From Terrimicrobiaceae bacterium (GTDB taxonomy: Bacteria > Verrucomicrobiota > Verrucomicrobiia > Chthoniobacterales > Terrimicrobiaceae), in NCBI GenBank assembly GCA_041752695.1, contig JBGSVZ010000066.1, positions 60,239 to 124,238 on the forward strand: DNA of 64,000 bases, written 5' to 3'. Both the position numbers and the translations under genes were made by a program. The notes beneath the pieces are model-generated. The model saw only the letters and a list, made by a program, of their open reading frames with translations, did not search any database and was not told the origin of the DNA. Positions 58,301-64,000 of this stretch are shown piece after piece. Position 1 is the first letter of the stretch; each line of letters begins with the position of its first letter.

Positions 58301-60005
58301 GCTCGGCGTGAAGCATGTCATCGATTCGCGCCAGGCGGATTTCGCCAATGCCATCATGCGCCTGACCAACAATCGCGGCGTGGATGTCGTTCTGAACTCC
58401 CTCGCGGCCGAGGCGATTCCGATGGGGCTGGCCTGCCTCGCCGAGTTCGGCCGGTTCATCGAAATTGGCAAGCGTGACATTTATCAAAACTCCCGCATTC
58501 CACTCTGGCCGCTCCGGGCCAACGCCTCGTTCCATGTTGTCGCCATGGATGCGGTTTTTAACGGGGACGAACATCTGACCCGGGAGTTATTGGCGGAAGT
58601 CACGACTCGCGTGGAGGAAGGGGCGCTTCGCCCGCTTCCTTTCCGCTCGTTTCCAGCCTGCCGGATCGACGCGGCCTTCCGCCTCATGGCACAGGGCAAA
58701 CACACGGGCAAAATCGTGGTCGCCTTTTCCGACCCCTTTGTGTCGCGCCGCGGGCGCCCGTTGGTGCAGGATTTTGCAGTGAAACCGGACGTTTCGTATT
58801 TGATTACCGGCGGTCTGGGAGGGTTTGGGCGCGTGGTGGCCACCTGGCTGGCGGATTGCGGCGCGCAGCACCTCGTGCTCACCAGTCGCAGCGGAGCGGC
58901 GACGCCGGAAGCAAAGACGTTTGTGGCGGATCTGGAAGGCCGGGGCGTCAAGGTTCAGGTCGTCAAGGCGGATATCGGTGTGCCGAAGGACGTGAACGCA
59001 TTGCTCACGAAAGTGCGAAAGTCGAAATACCCGCTGGCCGGCATCTTTCACCTTGCGATGGTGATTGACGATGCCCCCATGGCTGCGCTCACCAGTGCCC
59101 GCATGGAAGCGGTCCTCGAACCCAAGGCCCGGGGAGCGTGGTTGCTGCATGAGGGGACACGGGACATGGCGCTCGACGCGTTTGTCATGTTCTCCTCGGT
59201 TTCCAGCATTTTTGGAAATCCGGCGCAGGGGAATTATTCCGCGGCCAATGCCTTTCTCGACGCTCTGGCCCATCACCGTCAGGGGCTTGGGCTCCCCGCC
59301 CTCACCATCAACTGGGGGGTGCTTGGCGGTCAGGGATACGTCGCACGCAACGAACGTGTCGCGGAGTTTCTGGCCCGCCAGGGCACCGGCGCGCTCTCGC
59401 CGGGCGAGGTGCTGTCCGTCATGGAATCGTTCCTCTCCGCCGGAGTGGCCCAGGCTGCGGCGATCCGGGTGGATTGGTCGAAATGGCGTCAGTCTTTCCG
59501 CACGTCCCAAGAAAATCCCCTGCTCGAACGCATCTTTGCCGCAAGTCTGGATGACGCGGAAGCTGGAAGCACGACGGATGACTGGAAGGGAAAGATTGCC
59601 GCGGCGGCACCGGATGAGCGTGAGGAAATCATCGGTCAGGCGGTGCGCACCATCATTGCCTCGGTTCTGCGGGTCAAACCGGAGAGCCTCCGCGACGACC
59701 AACCGCTGACGGATCTGGGCCTCGACTCGCTGATGGGGGCGGAAATTGAGACCTCCATCGATAGCGCACTTGGCGTGGGTCTTCCGCCCACCAGCCTGCT
59801 GCGGGCTCGTACGATTTGGCAGATCCGCACGTTGATCGCGGAACACATGGGAGCGTCCGCCGGTACGTCGATCAAAGCCGCCGCGCCGGTCGAAAAAGTC
59901 ACCGCCGTGGACGAGGTTGATCTGGACGCCCTTTCCGATGATGACATTGGAAGCCTTCTCGACGACGCGCTGCCGGAATCGGAGCCTGCGTCGGAAAAGG
60001 CCTGA
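52386..60005 (+). CDS. Highly reducing type I polyketide synthase KS-AT-DH-cMT-ER-KR-ACP
   Basis: KS DTACSS/HGTGT/NLGH; AT GHSVG, HPFH; DH HKVESHVVFP, LLDGALH; MT LEVGAGTGG; ER HAGAGGVG; KR TGGLGGFG, IDD, YSAAN; ACP LGLDSL; no thioesterase. Confidence 0.95.
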   Translation: MEKEGIAIIGVGCRFPGGINDTAAFWKLLVEGREAVCEVPADRWNADRFYDPEPGIVGKSVTNRGGFIEGLEEFDPQFFGISPREAPYVDPQHRLLLETAWEAIEDAGVVLDFEKGSDLAVFVGISHTDFQVIQGTPWDCSGITAHSSTGSAHSIAANRISYCLNLRGPSIAMDTACSSALTAVHSACEHIRAGRCNSALAGGVTVMITPGGFIGFSQASMLSPEGRCKAFDASADGFVRGEGAGMVLLKRLSDAIADGDPIRGVILGTAVNQDGHTNGISLPSPEAQARLVREACADAGIAPSSVGFVEAHGTGTAVGDPIEAHALADALCVDRPADEPLAIGSVKTNLGHMETAAGIAGLVKALLVLEHGQIPGSLHFKTPSTHIDFEALKLRVPTELEPFPEMGGVRIAGVNSFGFGGANAHVVLTTPPVQPTPEHPLSEETRAWPLVFSARSENALRALAGNMGAWIDEHMKSNGRSPLLPDLAHTLGARRNHHPHRLTMVAATTDELIEELRAFAAGEDVQKLRTSFSPRREHPARIGFVMSGQGPQWWGMGRELMKHEPVFRRAMERCAKALSPWTQFSLLEELAREESASQLSRTEVAQPAIFAMQVSLAELWKSWGVVPAAIVGHSVGEIAAACVAGVLSLEEAARVIALRSKFMEECARGDGTMLAVGLNEDEARAVILRRDRTVSIAAFNGPRSLTLSGQRASLEAIAAELEAEGVFARFVRVDHPFHHAMMQPAADSLREALADLTPQAESVPFFSTVTGGRCAGETCDAAYWGSGIRQPVLFAPAIKAVAEFGVDEWLEISAHPALAISIQECLAQSERKTPVRSSTRRDREHEAFLETAMDLHRASVELDFATAMPSRNLLSLPAYAWDKSRWWHESSDWREGRLAPGGRGLLDVRLPRATPTWIARLDSRHMAFLKDHKVESHVVFPAAGFVDMVLEAGVQIFEGRPFVIEDFEIRRPLIVPDPPSGLTIEISYDPDARTFSIQSRQGSAWSAHVVGSMRGERVESEFSTMPRPDSSGLAHVGVEDFYTHMSDLGLRYGSEFRSVRELAASAGQSAGRVALSESSAKRASEYPLHPVLLDGALHVFSSGTATLEGRKGRMKLPVRFARIQFLRSPGASCLVNAAVRNCNDELVEGDIALYDESGEPCVLVEGFRAISLAAARRSGAPGGIRDLIYQVEWERTPATENVENLAPVALDRLHKAAGDALEVIIASRGREKLEATLAAEDELAAALIADALRKMGTGKSFTAESLGVAPAMKAVFERFARNLAARGALKGGPDGWRPTTAFPKLADLAESALFTFLSAHPGHLPEGLMCTNTCAELPAILRGEKDAVQVLFTGPGAELLDQFYGDGLFASQWMTAIASALKLAVSELPEGRGLRILEVGAGTGGLAGHVLPLLERGLHSYTFTDISAGFFSTAAQKLANFPEVEYKVFDLEKSGTEQDFEPGSFDFVIGTNVIHAVSDVRRALGHVHELLAPGGTFFFMDTASPQLWTDAVFGLTSGWWKFTDHDLRTEHPLLQRAQWEKVLRDTGFCETHSLPGLRCPHGGEGQVAVLARKAWTAPLPQSATLEAPPEKSWVIFANAGLGDELAESLRTSGARCRIVRKDSGTSEKDTLFLKAGSPEEWAKLFASFAGDEPPERFVWLWSLDETPENLSLVGTDALLHFTQALEKTMPTAKLRIDLVTRGAQPLQEGAVAVAQASSIGLFRVMLSEHPQYTFRAMDLPPVVSPADAGLVWRELQRTDPEREVAFRGEARYVQRIARGIPAAEQWLDASVPLRLESRDRGILDALRFAPFALPVCGPGEVLIQVKAAGMNFRDVLKALALYPAETADARIYGDEVGGIVQAVGEGVTHVAPGDRVFGIAVFGLATHTMARGGDVRKIPEGLSFEEAATLPVVFMTAWHALHNVARMRKGETILVHAGAGGVGMAAIQIALHLGAEVFATAGSPAKRALLKTLGVKHVIDSRQADFANAIMRLTNNRGVDVVLNSLAAEAIPMGLACLAEFGRFIEIGKRDIYQNSRIPLWPLRANASFHVVAMDAVFNGDEHLTRELLAEVTTRVEEGALRPLPFRSFPACRIDAAFRLMAQGKHTGKIVVAFSDPFVSRRGRPLVQDFAVKPDVSYLITGGLGGFGRVVATWLADCGAQHLVLTSRSGAATPEAKTFVADLEGRGVKVQVVKADIGVPKDVNALLTKVRKSKYPLAGIFHLAMVIDDAPMAALTSARMEAVLEPKARGAWLLHEGTRDMALDAFVMFSSVSSIFGNPAQGNYSAANAFLDALAHHRQGLGLPALTINWGVLGGQGYVARNERVAEFLARQGTGALSPGEVLSVMESFLSAGVAQAAAIRVDWSKWRQSFRTSQENPLLERIFAASLDDAEAGSTTDDWKGKIAAAAPDEREEIIGQAVRTIIASVLRVKPESLRDDQPLTDLGLDSLMGAEIETSIDSALGVGLPPTSLLRARTIWQIRTLIAEHMGASAGTSIKAAAPVEKVTAVDEVDLDALSDDDIGSLLDDALPESEPASEKA

Positions 60006-60011
60006 TTTCGC

Positions 60012-61346
60012 ATGTCCAAAGACAGCCGCTCACGACTCAAGCAGTGGCTGGAAACCGGCGAGGCCCGGCTCCAGCCGCTGAGCTATTCGCAGCGTGAGCT
60101 TTGGGAGGCGTCACCGGTTCCCGTGGCTGATGTGTCCAACCACATCTGCACGTTCATGGAAGTGCGCAGCAAGATCTCGCCCCAGGAGTGTGTGTCGGCC
60201 ATGCAGCGTGTGGTGGACAAGCAGGAGGTGCTCCGTCTTTCGTTTTTGCCCGGTAAAAACCAGCCCCTGCAACTCATTCGGACCACCTCCGTCCCCGCCA
60301 TCAGCTATCACGAACTCACCGCGGAAGAGGCGCAGTCGGAAGCCCTCGAAACGCGGATGTGGGCGGTATTCGACACCCCGTTTGATCTGGTCCGAGGACC
60401 GCTCTATCGTGTGGAAATTCTCCGGCGCGGGCCCGATGACCTCGTGCTGGTTTTCGCCATTCATCATGCGATCGCGGACGGGTGGTCGCTGGGCGTGTTT
60501 GTGCAGGACATCTTTGCGTCCTATCTTTTTGGGGCCATGGGTGCCCTCGGCGGCCTGCCTCCCGTGCCTCTGACCTACTCGGAATGGGGGGCCGGCGAGC
60601 GAGCCGTCTGGCCTGCGGAGAAACTCGCAGACCATGGCCGGTTTTGGAAAACCCAACTCGCGGGCGCGCCGCGTTTGTGGGAGTCGCCCGTGACCGCTCC
60701 GCGACGCCTCGAGCGGACCGTAGTTTTTGTGGCCGCTGACGTCACCGCGGCCGTGCGGGATCTCGCCAAGCGTGCCGACGCCACGCTTTTTAGTGCCCTC
60801 CTGGCTGCTTTCCAAATCACTCTCCATCGCTGGACCGGACAGGCGGACATCGTCGTGGGAACCCCTGTGGCGAATCGGGCGAAGCAGGCGGTTCGCGAAA
60901 CAATGGGCTATTGTTCCGGCAATGTGCCCCTGCGTGGCCAGGTCGTGCCCGGTCGGAGTCTGGAGGAAAGTGTGCGTGCGACCCACCGGGTTGCGGTTGA
61001 TTCCTTTGCGAATGCGATTCCCTTTGCGGAACTGGTCAGGATTCTCAACGACCCGCCGGCCCCCGGCCATAATCCGATTTTCGACGTCCGTTTCGCCCTG
61101 CAAAACCATCCCATTCCCGACATTGACGTTCCCGGCCTTTCCGTCCAACTCCGGATGCGTTCCACCGGCACAGCGCGTTTCGATCTGGGTTGCGAGGTGA
61201 CCGAAATCGGCGAGCGGCTGGAAATCGTTTGGCTGCACAAATCGGCCCTCTTTTCACCGCAGGATATTGCGTCCCTCCACGGAATGTTTCTGGAGGTGTT
61301 GAGCAGCGCAGGCGTTATCCCGAAGATTCCCGCGACCACATTTTAA
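60012..61346 (+). CDS. Stand-alone NRPS-type condensation domain protein
   Basis: PLSYSQRELW, PFDLVRGPLYR, HHAIADGWS, DIVVGTPVANR, RFDL; 6 bp after the PKS stop. Confidence 0.92.
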   Translation: MSKDSRSRLKQWLETGEARLQPLSYSQRELWEASPVPVADVSNHICTFMEVRSKISPQECVSAMQRVVDKQEVLRLSFLPGKNQPLQLIRTTSVPAISYHELTAEEAQSEALETRMWAVFDTPFDLVRGPLYRVEILRRGPDDLVLVFAIHHAIADGWSLGVFVQDIFASYLFGAMGALGGLPPVPLTYSEWGAGERAVWPAEKLADHGRFWKTQLAGAPRLWESPVTAPRRLERTVVFVAADVTAAVRDLAKRADATLFSALLAAFQITLHRWTGQADIVVGTPVANRAKQAVRETMGYCSGNVPLRGQVVPGRSLEESVRATHRVAVDSFANAIPFAELVRILNDPPAPGHNPIFDVRFALQNHPIPDIDVPGLSVQLRMRSTGTARFDLGCEVTEIGERLEIVWLHKSALFSPQDIASLHGMFLEVLSSAGVIPKIPATTF

Positions 61347-61385
61347 CCCGGCGAATTTCGCGGAAGACCGACCGCCCTGTTCGCT

Positions 61386-62714
61386 TTACCGGTCCTCGGA
61401 GCGCGGAAAAAAGAAAAACCGCTTCTGTTTTGGCGTCGAGGCTTCCACCAACCGGCCTGCATTCAAAAGCTCCGCTTCACTGCGCGGCGGGCCGACCAGT
61501 TGAAGACTGGTGAATTTCACGCCGCTGTGCCGCAACGGAATCGGGACAGCAAGAGCGGGATTGCCCGCGAAGTTCACTGCGGAGGTATTTTGCAAGTTGA
61601 GGACAACGGCGTCGATGAGTCCGGTGTTCAGATCGCCGGGTATCAGGAGGGGCGTCGTTTGCATGGTGGGGAGGGCGATGAAGTCGACTTTGCGAAACTG
61701 CTTCGCGAGCGTGCGCTGCCATGCTTTCTGGCGGGCAAGAGCCTTCCAATATTCGTTCTGGTAGGCGATTTTTCCCAGCAGAATCGCTCCCTTGGTTCGT
61801 GTGGCAATGCCGGGTTCGGAGCGGTATTTCTGGTTGCTCAGCCAAACCCCGGAGGCGGCGACGGTGTTGCCATCCTTTTGTGCCTGGGCCCATTTCGAGA
61901 CGAACTCTGGTCCAAGAGGCACGACCTGGAAACCCGCCCGGCTCAGAGCTTCGTCGACAGCGGTGTCGATTTTGGGATCGGTTCCTTTCACCTTCAGCCG
62001 GCCGACGCGAAGCCCCTGCGCCGTGGGTTGAGAGGTCTTGGCGGCCTCGTATTTCGCGGCGAAGCCTGCCTGCAACAAATCCATTCCTTGCGCCGTGCGG
62101 GCGATGTCCCGGCCTATGGGGCCAATGGTGTCGAGATGTTTGGGTTCCACAGGATGGACGCCTTTGACCGAGACGAGGCCAAACGTGGTTTTCAGTCCCA
62201 CCACGCCGCAGCACGCCGCCGGCACGCGCACCGATCCGGCCGTGTCCGTGCCAATCCCGACATCGGCCATCCCTAACGCCACTGCCACCGCGGACCCGCA
62301 AGACGACCCCCCCGGAATGAGGCTCCGCCAGCCGCTCAGCGGACTCTTCGGCGTGCCAAAATATTCGTTAATTCCCGCGGGCGTCACGGCAAACTCGCTC
62401 AAATTCGACTTCCCGACAAAGGTCACACCCCGCTCACGCGCAATGGCCAAGCAGGCTGCGTCGCGGGCGGCTGGTTTTCCAAGATCGTAAAAATGTTTGG
62501 AGCCCGCCGTCGTCACGACGCCCTTCATGTCGATGTTGTCCTTCACGGCAACGCGCAAAACGCTGGAATCCTCCGGGGGCGGCCAATAGGCGATGAACGC
62601 TCGTTTGCCGGGTGATTGGGCCGAGGGAAAGACGGCGCATCCCCCGAAAAGGACCAGAGAGACCGGACCAAGCAGCAGGGACGGGAGGACGATTCGACGG
62701 AGATGGCTCATCAT
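61386..62714 (-). CDS. Amidase signature family protein, probable lipoprotein
   Basis: AVKDNID, GGSSCGSA, GTDTAGSVRVPAACCG (Ser-cisSer-Lys triad); LVLFGGC lipobox-like leader. Confidence 0.88.
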   Translation of the reverse strand: MMSHLRRIVLPSLLLGPVSLVLFGGCAVFPSAQSPGKRAFIAYWPPPEDSSVLRVAVKDNIDMKGVVTTAGSKHFYDLGKPAARDAACLAIARERGVTFVGKSNLSEFAVTPAGINEYFGTPKSPLSGWRSLIPGGSSCGSAVAVALGMADVGIGTDTAGSVRVPAACCGVVGLKTTFGLVSVKGVHPVEPKHLDTIGPIGRDIARTAQGMDLLQAGFAAKYEAAKTSQPTAQGLRVGRLKVKGTDPKIDTAVDEALSRAGFQVVPLGPEFVSKWAQAQKDGNTVAASGVWLSNQKYRSEPGIATRTKGAILLGKIAYQNEYWKALARQKAWQRTLAKQFRKVDFIALPTMQTTPLLIPGDLNTGLIDAVVLNLQNTSAVNFAGNPALAVPIPLRHSGVKFTSLQLVGPPRSEAELLNAGRLVEASTPKQKRFFFFPRSEDR

Positions 62715-62935
62715 GACCACCGGACTGTATTTCGCGGTCCCGTTTATGCCACTGAATATTGGGGGCGAAGCGGGGAGAAAAAAACTGCGCAAAAACATTC
62801 CCGCCCACGGGAGTTCTGTTAAGCTTTTGTTCGGGGGTGCTTGGGTTTTTGTTCAACCGGGGGCTCCCGTAAAACCAGAAACCTCTGAGATCAAGACGCC
62901 GCCAATTTAAAAACCACACAGGATCCTTCCAAGGG

Positions 62936-63037
62936 GTGCATAGCACCAAGTGGCGGGCGCGCTGGCAGATTATCGGCATGCTGATTGTGGGCGGGGGAAT
63001 TGTCGCGGTGCTGGTGTACCTCTCGATCTCCGGCTAA
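62936..63037 (+). CDS. Possible small single-TM membrane peptide
   Basis: GTG-HSTKWRARWQIIGMLIVGGGIVAVLVYLSISG-TAA; below the ORF-track cutoff; start uncertain. Confidence 0.35.
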   Translation: MHSTKWRARWQIIGMLIVGGGIVAVLVYLSISG

Positions 63038-63234
63038 ACTGGGCTCCTGCCTGCGGTTAGCAAGTTTCCGCTAATTTATCGCAAGGCCGCGTTAGCGGGG
63101 CGGGGTGGTTTCCGGCATCTTGTGCGGCATGACACTTCACCCGCCTGCCCTGGGAAATCGCAAAACACGCCCAGTCATTCGCAATTCCCAGTTAGTGGCC
63201 TCCTTTCGCGTGCTCTAAATTCCTCATCTTTGAA

Positions 63235-63885
63235 ATGAAGTTCGCCTTACCCTTTACTTTTCTTGTCGCCGCCGCGGCCTCTGTGTCCGCCCAAATTATT
63301 CCCATCGATTTCGATCCGGGTGACACCACGTCCTTTGATGGTTGGGCGAATCTCTCCTCGGCTGGATTCCCCGGACCGGGGTATGGGACTTTCCCCGGCA
63401 GCGGGGCCTGGCTGGGCCCGGTCGGCTCCAACGTGGCAGGCTCGGGCGATGCCAATTTGGGGAAAATCGCGAACGGACCCGGCGGCGGACCCTTTGTTGC
63501 GGCCAATTCCATTTACTTCGGCAGTTTTACGGCCGTTCCCAACACGCTGGGGGGAACCTTGGGAGTGACGGACACGACCATCCTTGCGGGCACGAACACC
63601 CTTGTGCTCCAGATTCAGATTGGGGAGGCCACGGGATATGACTTTTATAATGGCGCACCTCCGACGCTTGTTCTCAACGGCACGACCCCCATCACCTTGG
63701 AGTATTCCGGGTTGGTCAACCAATTTCAGGATGGGACGTTTACGAATCCGGTGACAGGACTGCCCGAACCGGTTTACGTCAACACCTGGGGCTTCCAGTG
63801 GGACGTGAGCTCTTTCGTTGATCCGATCACTTCGCTAAGTATTGAGTTTAGTGGGGTAACCAACGGTGTTGAAGGTAGCTGCTAA
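63235..63885 (+). CDS. Secreted G/T-rich protein of PEP-CTERM style, probably 3'-truncated
   Basis: Signal peptide ending ASVSA|Q; beta-rich body; ends abruptly FSGVTNGVEGSC with no sorting signal. Confidence 0.65.
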   Translation: MKFALPFTFLVAAAASVSAQIIPIDFDPGDTTSFDGWANLSSAGFPGPGYGTFPGSGAWLGPVGSNVAGSGDANLGKIANGPGGGPFVAANSIYFGSFTAVPNTLGGTLGVTDTTILAGTNTLVLQIQIGEATGYDFYNGAPPTLVLNGTTPITLEYSGLVNQFQDGTFTNPVTGLPEPVYVNTWGFQWDVSSFVDPITSLSIEFSGVTNGVEGSC

Positions 63886-64000
63886 GTGACAACGCTTATT
63901 CATAACGTTAAGGGGCCAGCAGCCCCGCCACGACCCTGGTTTTTCGGATATCGAAAAACCATTCCTTTGATGGGAAGGCAAAAAAGAACGGCATTTCTGC
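63853..64000. mobile_element. Possible end of an insertion sequence or other foreign DNA
   Basis: GGGGTAACCAACGG at the point where the ORF degenerates; more AT-rich downstream; 10-bp hairpin at 63937-63961; no transposase visible within the window. Confidence 0.25.

Overview
High-GC bacterial DNA, most likely Verrucomicrobiota (Chthoniobacterales-like), inferred from a Verru_Chthon pilin-like cassette and PEP-CTERM proteins. 1-37.4 kb is a carbohydrate-utilisation island. It holds two beta-helix proteins, GH78, a GH63/MGH1-like hydrolase, a heparinase II/III-like lyase, GH94, two sialate O-acetylesterase-family genes, rhaA with a rare-sugar-like catabolic block, LacI and DeoR regulators, a PEP-CTERM adhesin and four pilin-like genes (B-C-A-D). 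The strongest unannotated signal is a 14-bp palindromic motif (ATC-N8-GAT, e.g. ATCAATCCTGTGAT) that I found nine times, always in the promoter region just upstream of an island gene. It appears to put the pilin cassette and adhesin in one regulon with the glycan-degrading enzymes, in an island with no visible sugar transporter. 37.5-64 kb holds an MFS pump, trpG/pabA, tRNA-Ser(CGA), a GT2/L,D-transpeptidase/GT-C operon and a LysR module. It also holds a ribonucleotide reductase with class Ic signatures, a fully reducing type I PKS with a stand-alone condensation domain next to an amidase, and a secreted-protein gene apparently cut off near the window end. All assignments come from motif recognition by eye; no searches were run.
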